Assembly (NCBI GenBank): GCA_020351855.1
Contig: CP070670.1
Span: 1,592,767 to 1,654,603, forward strand
Length of the DNA stretch: 61,837 nt
DNA from: Gemmatimonadota bacterium
GTDB taxonomy: Bacteria > Gemmatimonadota > Gemmatimonadetes > Palauibacterales > Palauibacteraceae
Direction: 5' to 3'
The notes beneath the pieces are model-generated. The model searched no databases, was not told the DNA's origin, and saw nothing but the letters and a program-made list of their open reading frames with translations. Numbering within the stretch: the first letter of the stretch is position 1; every line of letters starts with the position of its first letter. The position numbers were made by a program, and so were the translations under genes. Shown piece by piece: positions 8,665-18,242 of the stretch.

Positions 8665-10053
8665 TCAACCGGCAATCGCATCTTGCAGCTTGCGGACCCG
8701 GGAGCGGAAGGTCGGATCGCCGGCCATCTCGGCCTCCACCTTGTTCACCGAGTGGATAACGGTCGAGTGGTCGCGACCGCCGAATAGAGAGCCGATGTCT
8801 GTGTAAGGCAGATCGAGCGTCGTCTTGATGAGGTACATGGCGACCTGTCGGGGCACGACTAGCGACCGCGTGCGCCGCTTAGACTTGATGTCGGCGACCG
8901 TGACATTCCACTGCTCGGCGGTTTGCTGGACGATCTGTTCCGGGGTGGCACGCGACCGGTCCCGCGCCGCGGGGTCGGGCTCCGAACCGAGAGCCTCGCG
9001 CGCCAGATCCAGGTTGATCTCGCGCCGCGTAAGCGAGCTGAAGGCGAGCAGCTTGATCAGCGCCCCTTCCAGCTGGCGCACCGAGGTCTTTCGGATGCGC
9101 GCGATGTACTCGATCACCTCATCGTCCATCAGCAGGCCATCTTCCTCCGCCTTCTTCTGGAGTATGGCGATGCGCGTTTCGAAGTCGGGAGGCTTGATGT
9201 CGGTGACGAGCCCCCACTCGAAGCGCGATACCAGCCGCTCCTGAAGCCCGGGAATCTCGGGAGGCGGCCGGTCCGAAGTGATGACGATCTGCTTCTGAGC
9301 GTCGTACAGCGCGTTGAAGGTGTGGAAAAACTCCTCCTGCGTGCCCTCCTTGTTGCCGAGAAAATGCACGTCGTCCACGAGAAGCACATCGACCATGCGG
9401 TATCGCTGCCGGAAGTTCGCGGTGCGGCCGCTCTGGATGGCCGCGATCATCTCGTTCGTGAACTGCTCGGACGTCGTGTAGACCACCCTGCGGTCGGGGA
9501 GGCGGTCGAGGATCGCGTGCCCTATGGCATGCATGAGGTGTGTCTTGCCGAGGCCGGTGTCCCCGTAGATGAAGAGCGGGTTGTAGGCGATGGCCGGGGC
9601 ATCCGCCACCCGCCGGCAGGCCGCCGTGGCCAGCTGGTTGTGGCCGCCGATCACGAAGCGGTCGAAGCGGTAGCGGTCGTTGAGGCCCGCGGCGGCCCAG
9701 TCCGCGGGGGGAAGCGAACCCTCTGTCTGGGCCCGGGGGCCTGACCTCTCCTCGGGCGCGCCGCCCTTGCCGCCCAACTCGGGGAATTCCAGTCGCTCGT
9801 CCTGCCCGTGGTGTTCGAACCGCACCTGCAGGGGGCGCCCCAGCTCACGCTCCGCCAGCTCTCTGAGCAGGGCGCCGTATTTGTCCTCGATCCACTCGAC
9901 CGCGAATTTCGTGGGGGCGGCGACGACCAGCGTGTCGTCGGTCAGAGCAATCGCTTCGGTCGAGGCGAGCCAGGTAGCGAACGTCTGTTCCGGAAGAACT
10001 TCGCGCGAGGCTTGCGCGATGCGGGACCAGACCTGAGTGGCGGTTAATTCCAT
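8665..10053 (-). CDS. dnaA: Chromosomal replication initiator DnaA
   Basis: YNPLFIYGDTGLGKTHL, LLVDDVH, QEEFFHTFN, RLVSRFEWGL, PRQVAMYL, GGRDHSTVIH. Confidence 0.99.
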   Translation of the reverse strand: MELTATQVWSRIAQASREVLPEQTFATWLASTEAIALTDDTLVVAAPTKFAVEWIEDKYGALLRELAERELGRPLQVRFEHHGQDERLEFPELGGKGGAPEERSGPRAQTEGSLPPADWAAAGLNDRYRFDRFVIGGHNQLATAACRRVADAPAIAYNPLFIYGDTGLGKTHLMHAIGHAILDRLPDRRVVYTTSEQFTNEMIAAIQSGRTANFRQRYRMVDVLLVDDVHFLGNKEGTQEEFFHTFNALYDAQKQIVITSDRPPPEIPGLQERLVSRFEWGLVTDIKPPDFETRIAILQKKAEEDGLLMDDEVIEYIARIRKTSVRQLEGALIKLLAFSSLTRREINLDLAREALGSEPDPAARDRSRATPEQIVQQTAEQWNVTVADIKSKRRTRSLVVPRQVAMYLIKTTLDLPYTDIGSLFGGRDHSTVIHSVNKVEAEMAGDPTFRSRVRKLQDAIAG

Positions 10054-10129
10054 CTATGATGTCGTATGCTACCTGCCCGGAAGGCTCGGGGCCGGGCGAT
10101 GGAACGCCTGCCGACACCCGGGGGGCGTC

Positions 10130-10158
10130 ATTGTAGAGGGCCTCCCCGGGGCTGTCAA
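10130..10158 (-). promoter_or_regulatory. Sigma70-type promoter of dnaA
   Basis: Minus strand TTGACA (10158-10153), 17 nt, TACAAT (10135-10130). Confidence 0.85.
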
Positions 10159-10196
10159 CGGCCCTTGCTCGCGCTGCATGCGGCCGGTCGCCGTGA

Positions 10197-10225
10197 TTGA
10201 CAGCCACGTCGGCCGAATCTACACT
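10197..10225 (+). promoter_or_regulatory. Sigma70-type promoter of the rpmH operon
   Basis: TTGACA (10197-10202), 17 nt, TACACT (10220-10225); back to back with the dnaA promoter. Confidence 0.8.
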
Positions 10226-10358
10226 TGAGGGCTTTCTTCCGGCGGGGAACACCGATGCGGACTCCGTTTATACGAGTCGCGCACTCGCCGATTCGACCGC
10301 CCGAGGCTCCTGTGGCTGCGAGCCGGGGGCAATTTCCGGGTGAGAAACTTCGAGCGCC

Positions 10359-10529
10359 ATGCAACCGACGTATAGAAAGCCCAGCAACAGGAAGCGGCGG
10401 AAGGACCACGGCTTTCGCGCCCGAATGAAGACCAAGGCCGGACGCCAGGTGCTCTCGCGCCGCCGCAAGAAGGGTCGCAAGCGCCTTACCGTCAGCGACG
10501 AGTTCCGCCGCAAGCGGCGAAGTCGCTGA
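10359..10529 (+). CDS. rpmH: 50S ribosomal protein L34 (56 aa, missed by ORF track)
   Basis: Hand translation [56 protein letters not shown]; canonical position. Confidence 0.97.
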   Translation: MQPTYRKPSNRKRRKDHGFRARMKTKAGRQVLSRRRKKGRKRLTVSDEFRRKRRSR

Positions 10530-10567
10530 CCCTCGCCGATCCCGGCGCGACCTCCGGCGCCGTTAAC

Positions 10568-10927
10568 ATGAAGGACGAGAGGTTTCCACGCTCGGCGCGA
10601 ATTCGAAGCGGCCGGGAGATCCGCTGGCTCCTGCGGAAAGGCCGGCGCTGTCGCTTGGGGCCGATCGATGCCTTCATCGCACAGGCCGCGGAGACGGGGC
10701 CGCGGTTTGGCCTGATCGTCCCACGGCACGGCCACAGCGCTGCCGCTCGAAACCGGTTGCAGAGGCGCCTGCGCGAGATCGCGCGGCGCGACTGGCTCCC
10801 GGCAGCACGGACACGAGAGCGCGGATTGGACGTCCTCGTGCGCGCACGCCGGGAGGCATACGGGCGCTCCTACGAGGAACTGAGAGCTCTCATTACGGAA
10901 GCAGTGGAACGTCCGTGCGAAGCGTGA
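10568..10927 (+). CDS. rnpA: Ribonuclease P protein component
   Basis: [29 protein letters not shown]; synteny. Confidence 0.93.
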   Translation: MKDERFPRSARIRSGREIRWLLRKGRRCRLGPIDAFIAQAAETGPRFGLIVPRHGHSAAARNRLQRRLREIARRDWLPAARTRERGLDVLVRARREAYGRSYEELRALITEAVERPCEA

Positions 10928-11181
10928 TCCTCGTCTCGATCCGTGCCTACCAGGTGGCGATCTCGCCCCTCCTCCCCGGGGCATGTCGCTACAGCCCGAC
11001 CTGCTCGCAGTATGCCTTGGAGGCGGTCTCGAGGCACGGCGCGGCGCGAGGGAGTTGGCTTGCCTTGAGACGGCTGCTCCGCTGCCATCCGTTTGGCGGC
11101 GTGGGCTACGATCCGGTCCCGCCGTCCAACCCCCGCGTCCCCGGCGAGGAACCGGGCGTCGAGCCGGGAAGAGGGCGCTGA
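10915..11181 (+). CDS. yidD: Membrane protein insertion efficiency factor
   Basis: [25 protein letters not shown]...GYDPVP. Confidence 0.95.
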   Translation: MRSVILVSIRAYQVAISPLLPGACRYSPTCSQYALEAVSRHGAARGSWLALRRLLRCHPFGGVGYDPVPPSNPRVPGEEPGVEPGRGR

Positions 11182-13070
11182 TGGAGCGGAGGCTCCTGCT
11201 CGCGATCGGGCTCATGCTGGGGGTGATCCTCCTCGCCAACCTCCTTTTTCCACCCCGGAATATCCCCCCTCCGGCGGGCGACGGGGATTCTGCCATCCTC
11301 CGGCGGGAGCCGCCGGCGCCCGAGACACCGGACGGCGTTCCGGCGGTCCGCCCGCAGTCACGGGGTTTGCCGGCTGCAGACGACGTCGTCGGGATGGCGG
11401 AGGAAGAACCGCCGGCGGATGCCCTGGCAGAGCTCCTCGACGATCAGCCGGCCGACACGATCGAGGTCAGCTCGCCACTCTATCGACTCAAGTTCGTGAC
11501 GCGGGGCGCGGCGCTGGTCTCGGCCGGATTGCCTCGCTACCGCTCGTACGCACCGGAGGATCCGGATTCGGCATCGGCGGAGCTCGTGAGACCGGGTGAT
11601 CGACTGCTCGGCTTTCGGGTGGCCGCCGGAGCGGACACTGTCGACTTGTCGGAGCGCCTCTTCGAGCCGAGCGCCCGCGAAATCAGGCTCACCGAGGGCT
11701 CCCCGCTGGACTCGCTGGTCTTTCGTCACCGCATCGCGTCCACTGAGCGCGGCGATGTCGTCTTCCGTGTGACCTACCACTTCGATGCCGCGAGGTACCT
11801 CGTCCGGGTGGAGGGAGCGCTGGAAGGCGTGGGGGACCGCGGCTACACGCTCGCCACCTCCCTCGGCGAGGGACTGCGGACGAACGAGGCGGACGCCAAA
11901 GCCGACTATGGCCAACTGGCCTACGTGACGAGGGGACGGCAGGGCATTCGCAGCCGGCGACTCTCGGCCGTCTCAGAAGGGGAGCGAGAGGCGGCCGAGG
12001 GCGGCCCCTTCGACTGGGTAGCGGTCAAGAACAAGTACTTCCTGGTCGCGTTCCTGGCTGCGGAGGAGGGCCCAGGTTTCGGCGGTCTGCTCGTGGAAGG
12101 ACTGAACGAGGAGAACGCCGCGCGGATCACGGCCACCCTGCCGGTTCCCGCCGGCTCGCCCGGCTTCGCGTTCGGTGCGTACCTGGGCCCCCAGGGCTAC
12201 GGGCGCCTAAAGGCGATCGGACGCGACCTGCAGAACGTCAATCCCGTGGGGTGGCGATGGCTGCAGCCGGTGATTCGGCCTCTGGTGGCGATCGTCATGG
12301 CGATCCTCACGTGGATGCACGAGACGCTGAGCCTCGCCTACGGCTGGGTGCTGATCCTCTTCGGGGTCCTTATGCGGATCGTGCTGTTCCCGCTCTATCA
12401 GAAGTCGATGCGGGCACAGATGGCGCAGATGCGCGTTCAACCTTTGATGAAGGACATTCGGGAAAGGCACAAGGACGATCCTCAGAAGATGCAGCAGGAG
12501 ATGATGAGGCTCTACAAGGAGCACAACATCAACCCGCTGGCCGGCTGCCTTCCGATGATGCTCCCGTTCCCGATCCTGATCACGCTGTTCTTCGTGTTTC
12601 AGAACACGATCGAACTGCGCGGCGTACCCTTCCTCTGGCTGCCCGACCTGTCGTTGAAGGACCCGCTCTACATCGTGCCGCTGCTCATGGGCGGATCCAT
12701 GTTCCTCCTTCAGTGGATCGGCCAGCGGGGCATGGAGCAGACTGCCCAGACCAAGATGCTGGGCTACGGGATGCCGGTCTTGTTCACCTTCCTCTTCGCC
12801 AACTTCCCTTCCGGGCTGAACCTCTACTACGCCACGAGCAACATCGCCTCTCTGCCGCAGCAGTTCTACATCGCTAGAGAGCGACAGAAGGCACGGGGCG
12901 GGACGCCCTCCGATCCCCAGGAAGTCGTCGAGGAACCCGGGGACGGGGCAGCGGAAGACGAGGCGCAAGGCCCGCCGAGGGCGGCAAAGGGAGGGAAGAG
13001 GGGCGGCTCGGGGAGGAAGGATGGCGGAAAGCGGCGCGGTTCCTCGAAGAAGAGGTCGGGGAGGAGGTAG
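11181..13070 (+). CDS. yidC: Membrane protein insertase YidC
   Basis: ATG overlapping the yidD stop (TGATG); N-terminal TM, periplasmic domain, MRIVLFPL, KEHNINPLAGCLP, WLPDLSLKDP, GLNLYY. Confidence 0.96.
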   Translation: MERRLLLAIGLMLGVILLANLLFPPRNIPPPAGDGDSAILRREPPAPETPDGVPAVRPQSRGLPAADDVVGMAEEEPPADALAELLDDQPADTIEVSSPLYRLKFVTRGAALVSAGLPRYRSYAPEDPDSASAELVRPGDRLLGFRVAAGADTVDLSERLFEPSAREIRLTEGSPLDSLVFRHRIASTERGDVVFRVTYHFDAARYLVRVEGALEGVGDRGYTLATSLGEGLRTNEADAKADYGQLAYVTRGRQGIRSRRLSAVSEGEREAAEGGPFDWVAVKNKYFLVAFLAAEEGPGFGGLLVEGLNEENAARITATLPVPAGSPGFAFGAYLGPQGYGRLKAIGRDLQNVNPVGWRWLQPVIRPLVAIVMAILTWMHETLSLAYGWVLILFGVLMRIVLFPLYQKSMRAQMAQMRVQPLMKDIRERHKDDPQKMQQEMMRLYKEHNINPLAGCLPMMLPFPILITLFFVFQNTIELRGVPFLWLPDLSLKDPLYIVPLLMGGSMFLLQWIGQRGMEQTAQTKMLGYGMPVLFTFLFANFPSGLNLYYATSNIASLPQQFYIARERQKARGGTPSDPQEVVEEPGDGAAEDEAQGPPRAAKGGKRGGSGRKDGGKRRGSSKKRSGRR

Positions 13071-13094
13071 GCCCGCGCGGTACGGCGCGGATGG

Positions 13095-14513
13095 ATGACC
13101 GGACGCATGCATATCCCGCCGGGGGAAACGATCGCCGCGATCTCGACCGCTCCGGGGCGGGCCGGAATCGCCGTGGTGCGCATGAGCGGTCCCGGAACGG
13201 TGCCGATCGCCGCGAAGCTGGGGCTTCCCGAGTTGACGCCGCGTCGCGCCACGCTTGCGGCGATCCGCCACCCGGAGGACGGCCGCCTGATCGATCGCGC
13301 CGTCGTGACGCTCCACCTCGCGCCCGCATCCTACACGGGCGAGGACCTGCTGGAGATCAGCGGGCACGGAGGGGCGATGGTGCCCCAACTGCTTCTCGAT
13401 GCCGCATGCGCAGCCGGCGCCCGCCTCGCTGAGGCGGGCGAGTTCACCCGAAGGGCCTTCCTGAACGGCAGGATCGACCTTCTGCAGGCGGAGGCGACGC
13501 TCGACCTGATCGACGCCCGGTGCGAGGCGGCGCACCGCGCGGCCCTCTTCCAGCTTGAGCGGGGACTTTCCAGCCGGATCGACGGACTGCGCGAGGAGAT
13601 CCTTCAGCTGCTGGCCCTGCTCACCTACGAGATCGACTTTCCCGAGGAAGACGACGGTCCCGTGCCCGAAGCCCGAGTGCAGGCGGCCGCACGGAACCTC
13701 AAGTCGTCCCTACAGGATCTGCTCCGGCACGCTCCCGAAGGCGAGATGGTCCGGGACGGCGCCATTACGGTGATCGCCGGTCGCCCAAACGCTGGCAAGT
13801 CCAGTCTTTTCAATGCATTGTTGGGAGAGGAGCGCGCCATCGTGACGGAGGTTCCCGGCACGACCCGGGACGCTATCGAGGCGGTTCTGAGTGTCGAGGG
13901 CTACCCGTTTCGGCTCGTGGACACGGCCGGTTTCAGGCCCAAGCCCGGCCGCGTGGAGGGCCTCGGGATAGAGGTGGCGGAGCGGTTCCTTGGACGGGCG
14001 CACATCATCCTGTTCTGTGCCGAAGCGGGGCGGCCGCTCGACGCGAACGAGGTAGAATTCCTGCGACGATGGGCGAGCGGGGTGCGGAACCCTGCGCAGG
14101 CAGGGGCTGCGGACGGGCGACCGGGGCTGATCGTCGTCCGGACGAAGGCAGACCGCGCGCGCGGCGCCGAGAACGCGCAGGAGGCGATCGGCGCGGGGTC
14201 GAGCGTCCTCGTGTCCGCTTCGGCCGGAACCGGGCTCCCGGCCCTTCGCTCCCTGCTGCTGGAGGCGGCCTATGCAGGCATCCGGGACCGCGAGGAGCTG
14301 CCTCTGGTGACACGACGTCGGCACTCCAGGGCGCTTCGCGCCGCGCTGGCAGACGTCGAAGCGTTTGGAAATGCGCGGCATAGAGGACTGCCGCCTGAGA
14401 TTGCGGCCACCCATCTGCAGGATGCCCAGGAGCGGCTGGGGGAACTTCTGGGACTCGTGGACACGGAGGATGTGCTCGACGTTCTCTTCTCCGACTTTTG
14501 CATCGGGAAGTAA
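13095..14513 (+). CDS. mnmE: tRNA modification GTPase MnmE
   Basis: [49 protein letters not shown]-terminal FCIGK. Confidence 0.98.
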   Translation: MTGRMHIPPGETIAAISTAPGRAGIAVVRMSGPGTVPIAAKLGLPELTPRRATLAAIRHPEDGRLIDRAVVTLHLAPASYTGEDLLEISGHGGAMVPQLLLDAACAAGARLAEAGEFTRRAFLNGRIDLLQAEATLDLIDARCEAAHRAALFQLERGLSSRIDGLREEILQLLALLTYEIDFPEEDDGPVPEARVQAAARNLKSSLQDLLRHAPEGEMVRDGAITVIAGRPNAGKSSLFNALLGEERAIVTEVPGTTRDAIEAVLSVEGYPFRLVDTAGFRPKPGRVEGLGIEVAERFLGRAHIILFCAEAGRPLDANEVEFLRRWASGVRNPAQAGAADGRPGLIVVRTKADRARGAENAQEAIGAGSSVLVSASAGTGLPALRSLLLEAAYAGIRDREELPLVTRRRHSRALRAALADVEAFGNARHRGLPPEIAATHLQDAQERLGELLGLVDTEDVLDVLFSDFCIGK

Positions 14514-14536
14514 ACCACCGGACACGGCCTCTATGA

Positions 14537-14566
14537 CGATCGCTTTACTGTGACGTAAAGCGATCG
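14537..14566. terminator. Perfect 12-bp inverted repeat between convergent mnmE and fpg-like gene
   Basis: CGATCGCTTTAC-tgtgac-GTAAAGCGATCG. There is no U-tract, so it is an atypical terminator or a protein-binding palindrome. Confidence 0.5.
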
Positions 14567-14581
14567 GGCGCCGAACGCGAC

Positions 14582-15376
14582 TTACGCGGCCCGCTGACAG
14601 CGGACGCAGACGTACGTCCTGAGACCCTTGAGCTTGATGGATGTGAGCGCCGTGCTGCAGCGAGGACAGGGCCGGCCCTTCGCCCGGTGGTTGATCAGCC
14701 AGCCGGGATCGGCGTGAGCCGCCTGCCAGTGGAGTGTCGCCCGCCGAAGAACGCGGCGCAGGTAGAGGTGCACGCGTTCCAGCTGGCGGGGTGTCATCTG
14801 GCCGACCCGGAGATCGGGACGGTAGCCCGCCTGGAAGCAGATCTCGTCGGCGTACTCGTTTCCGATCCCGGCGATGGCGGCCGGGTTCATGAGGAAACCC
14901 TTGAGGGAGCTCCGCGGATGGCCAACCGCCAGCTCGACGAACTTCTCCACTGTCAGGTCGTCGCTCAGCGGGTCGATGCCCATGCTCTCCAGCCCTCCAA
15001 GGGAGGAGAGGTCATCTCCCTCGAGGAGATGCACGGTCTCTCGCGAACCGGGCGCGTCAAACCGGAGCTCTCTACCGGCCGCGAACTGAAGCCGCACGCC
15101 GCTGTTGTCAGCCGGCGGAACGGTCTGTGACTCGAGGTAGATGCGCCCCTCGTCCCCCATCTCGAACACGAGGCTGTAGCCGGACCGAAAGCGCAGAACC
15201 ACGTTCTTGCCGTGCCGCTCGACCGTGTCGATCGCGTGAGACTCGATGTGCTCGCGTGCCATGTCCACATCGACGTTGACGCTCGGATCATCGATGAGGA
15301 CAGCCGAGATCGTCTTGCCGGTGGCGTAGCCGGCAAAAGCCTCGATCATGCGCTCGACATCAGGAAGCTCGATCAC
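14582..15376 (-). CDS. Fpg/Nei family DNA glycosylase-like protein with non-canonical N-terminus
   Basis: Strong SD GGAGGTG before GTG at 15376; MIELPDVE, RHGK, MGIDPL, H2TH IAGIGNEYADE, zinc finger CPRC...CVRC. Confidence 0.88.
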   Translation of the reverse strand: MIELPDVERMIEAFAGYATGKTISAVLIDDPSVNVDVDMAREHIESHAIDTVERHGKNVVLRFRSGYSLVFEMGDEGRIYLESQTVPPADNSGVRLQFAAGRELRFDAPGSRETVHLLEGDDLSSLGGLESMGIDPLSDDLTVEKFVELAVGHPRSSLKGFLMNPAAIAGIGNEYADEICFQAGYRPDLRVGQMTPRQLERVHLYLRRVLRRATLHWQAAHADPGWLINHRAKGRPCPRCSTALTSIKLKGLRTYVCVRCQRAA

Positions 15377-15480
15377 CGCATCACCTCCAAGAACCCGGGA
15401 AAGCTCGCCTCTGGGCGGATACGAGCCGGAAACGATACACCGGATCACCGCGAAAGTGCCGAGAAGGTCGAATGTGATTG

Positions 15481-15789
15481 TCAGAAGAGAACTTGGAAAT
15501 CCGGCGGCAGCGCGGGGTCGCAGGGGATCTCCTCGACACGGTCGACCCGGGCAGGCGGTGGTCCGGAGCGCAGCATCGCGGCGAACTGTCGGACTCGACG
15601 CGCGCTGCCCGCCACATGCACCTCCACCGAGCCGTCGGCGCGGTTCCGCACCGTGCCACGCAACCCGAGAAGCCCCGCCGCCTCCCGGGTCCACCAGCGG
15701 AAGCCGACACCCTGTACGCGGCCGCGCAGGATGAAACCTGTTCGTGCATCTGCCGTGTCGGCCGGATCGCGCGCGTCTTCACACATCAT
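15481..15789 (-). CDS. acyP: Acylphosphatase
   Basis: GRVQGVGFR, GTVRNRADGSVEV; start taken at ATG 15789. Confidence 0.93.
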   Translation of the reverse strand: MMCEDARDPADTADARTGFILRGRVQGVGFRWWTREAAGLLGLRGTVRNRADGSVEVHVAGSARRVRQFAAMLRSGPPPARVDRVEEIPCDPALPPDFQVLF

Positions 15790-15954
15790 GGGGATCCAAT
15801 GAGACGCCGAAAGGTAGTGCGGACGGTGCCGATACGCTCGGGGTCCGGCGGATGCCGCTGCGTTCGCGAGCCCCCGGCGGGGAACGCCATGGTGAGGCAG
15901 CAGCCGGGGTTGTTCTGAGATCTGCCTCCCGGCAATCAGCGAGAGGTCATCGAA

Positions 15955-17850
15955 GTGACGCCAGCCTACGATGTGATCGTGATCGGGGGGGGACACGCGG
16001 GCTGCGAAGCGGCAAACGCGGCCGCCCGTCTCGGAGCGCGGACGCTGCTCATCACCAGCTACCTCGGCCGGGTGGCGCAGATGTCGTGCAATCCGGCGAT
16101 CGGGGGCGTGGCTAAGGGCACAGTTGCGCGGGAAGTGGACGCCCTGGGTGGCCTGATGGGCCGCGCGGCTGACCGGACCACGCTTCACTTCCGGATGCTG
16201 AACCGGTCCAAGGGCCCAGCCGTCTGGGCACCACGGGCGCAGTGCGACCGCGGACTCTATGCACGGGCCATGCGGGGGCTGCTGGAGGAGAGAGAGGGTC
16301 TCCAGTTCTATCAGGGGATGGTCCGAGCACTTGACGTCGAGGCTGGCTCCGTCTCGGGCGTGCGCTGCGTCGATGGCAGCCGCTTCCGGGCCCGGCGGGT
16401 CGTGCTGACCGCCGGAACTTTCTTGCGCGGCAGCATCAAGATCGGGGTCGAGACCTCGATCCCTGCCGGTCGCGCGGGGGATCCCCCCTCCATCGAGCTC
16501 GCGAGTCAGTTGCTGGACCTCGGGCTGCGGAGCGAGCGCTTCAAGACGGGCACGCCGCCCAGGATCGACGGGCGCACGGTCGATCTCAGGCGTCTACAGC
16601 GGCAGGACAGCGAGACCGAGGGGCATCGCTTCTCCCACTGGGAGCGGAGCGGCGGGCTGGAACGCAGACCGTGCTGGATCGGAGAGGCCGGGCCCGCGGT
16701 TCGTCGAATCGTCGAGGCGAGCCTCTCGAGGTCTGCTATGTACGGCGGGGCGATCGAGGCGGTCGGACCGCGCTACTGCCCATCGATCGAGGACAAGATC
16801 CAGCGGTTCCCGGACGCAGAAAGCCACCAGGTGTTCCTGGAGCCCGAAGGGCTGGAGACGTCCGAGCTCTACGTGAACGGACTCTCCACTTCGTTGCCCC
16901 CGGAGATCCAGCGGGAGTTTCTCGCCTGCGTGCCGGGACTCGAGGAAGCCCGAATGACGCAGCCCGGCTATGCGATCGAGTACGACTACTTCCCGCCGCA
17001 GCAGCTGCGGTCCACGCTTGAGCTCAAGCCTCTGGAGGGCCTTTACCTCGCGGGACAGATCAATGGGACGACGGGGTACGAGGAGGCGGCCGGGCAGGGG
17101 GTCGTGGCGGGGATCAACGCCGGCCTGGCCTCCTTGGAGCGCGATCCTTGGGTACCCGGGCGGCACGAGGCCTACCTCGGAGTGCTGATCGACGACCTGG
17201 TTACGCGGGGGGTGGATGAGCCCTATCGCCTCTTTACTTCTCGTGCCGAGTTCAGGTTGACTCTGCGCCAGGACAACTGCCTGCAGCGCCTCGCCCCGAA
17301 GGCCGAGGGCCTAGGACTGCTTACCGGGGAGGAGCGCCGCCATCTGGCGTGGTTCATGAACGAGTTGGAGCGCGCTCGATCCTGGGCGGCCTCCCACAGC
17401 TTGCGGCCGGAGGAGGTCAATGGACACCTGAAGGATCGGGGGAGCGCACTGCTCACGCAGCCGCGTCCCGTCCGGGAACTGCTGAAGCGCCCCAGGGTGC
17501 GGTTCGAGGACCTTGTGAGGGCGGGAGAGACGAGCGGTGCACAGCGATTCGACCCGGATGTGCTCTCGACGGTGGAGATGGAGTTCAAGTACGAGGGTTA
17601 TCTGGGTCGCGAACGGGATCGCGCCGAGGCGCTGCGCCGGCGCGAGGCGATGTCGCTCCCGGCCGGGGCGCGTTACGGAGAGATGCGGAGCCTCTCCTAC
17701 GAGGCGCGGCAAAAGCTGGAGCGCGTCCGCCCCCGAACCCTCGGCCAAGCGGCCAGGATTCCAGGGATCTCGCCAGCCGATCTCCAGAACCTCCTCGTCG
17801 AACTGCGGAAGAGCGGCACTCCGGCCCGATCGGATGTCGAGAGGGGGTGA
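15955..17850 (+). CDS. mnmG: tRNA uridine 5-carboxymethylaminomethyl modification enzyme MnmG (GidA)
   Basis: [58 protein letters not shown]. Confidence 0.99.
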   Translation: MTPAYDVIVIGGGHAGCEAANAAARLGARTLLITSYLGRVAQMSCNPAIGGVAKGTVAREVDALGGLMGRAADRTTLHFRMLNRSKGPAVWAPRAQCDRGLYARAMRGLLEEREGLQFYQGMVRALDVEAGSVSGVRCVDGSRFRARRVVLTAGTFLRGSIKIGVETSIPAGRAGDPPSIELASQLLDLGLRSERFKTGTPPRIDGRTVDLRRLQRQDSETEGHRFSHWERSGGLERRPCWIGEAGPAVRRIVEASLSRSAMYGGAIEAVGPRYCPSIEDKIQRFPDAESHQVFLEPEGLETSELYVNGLSTSLPPEIQREFLACVPGLEEARMTQPGYAIEYDYFPPQQLRSTLELKPLEGLYLAGQINGTTGYEEAAGQGVVAGINAGLASLERDPWVPGRHEAYLGVLIDDLVTRGVDEPYRLFTSRAEFRLTLRQDNCLQRLAPKAEGLGLLTGEERRHLAWFMNELERARSWAASHSLRPEEVNGHLKDRGSALLTQPRPVRELLKRPRVRFEDLVRAGETSGAQRFDPDVLSTVEMEFKYEGYLGRERDRAEALRRREAMSLPAGARYGEMRSLSYEARQKLERVRPRTLGQAARIPGISPADLQNLLVELRKSGTPARSDVERG

Positions 17851-17891
17851 ACGGTCTGCGGGTGGCCCGCCCACCGTCCCGACGCCGCGGA

Positions 17892-17907
17892 TGTTTCACG
17901 TGAAACG
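17892..17907. promoter_or_regulatory. parS: parS centromere site 1
   Basis: TGTTTCACGTGAAACG, one mismatch to the palindromic consensus TGTTTCACGTGAAACA. Confidence 0.9.
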
Positions 17908-18032
17908 GTCAGGACGAACGCCCCCGGTTCGGGCCGGGCGCGGAGGATACGCCTTGGCGCTACGATGGTGTGCACGCCGCAATCCGTTGCACCAAAAAAC
18001 GATCCAGGGTTTTCCACCATCGTGGATCAGTG

Positions 18033-18048
18033 TGTTTCACGTGGAACA
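18033..18048. promoter_or_regulatory. parS: parS centromere site 2
   Basis: TGTTTCACGTGGAACA, matches the consensus parS; upstream of parA. Confidence 0.92.
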
Positions 18049-18056
18049 TCCACTGC

Positions 18057-18086
18057 TTGGCGCACGTGGCTCTTCCCCTCTATATT
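18057..18086 (+). promoter_or_regulatory. Putative sigma70 promoter of parAB
   Basis: TTGGCG, 18 nt, TATATT; immediately downstream of parS site 2. Confidence 0.45.
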
Positions 18087-18242
18087 GCCCTCGTCCCGAA
18101 CATCCGCCCCCAACGACCGGCGGTCTCGGCTGTCTTTGTCAGCGAAGAGTAGTCAGGCGTTTCGGCTCAGGTATCCTCGGTCGCCGATCGAGGCCCGCCG
18201 AAATGGCCTCCGGGGCCGCCGGTTGATCCTCCAGAGGAGCTC

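Noticed and set aside
10153-10202. TGTCAA motifs upstream of dnaA as variant DnaA boxes
   Set aside because: Both are better explained as TTGACA -35 elements with a -10 box exactly 17 nt away.
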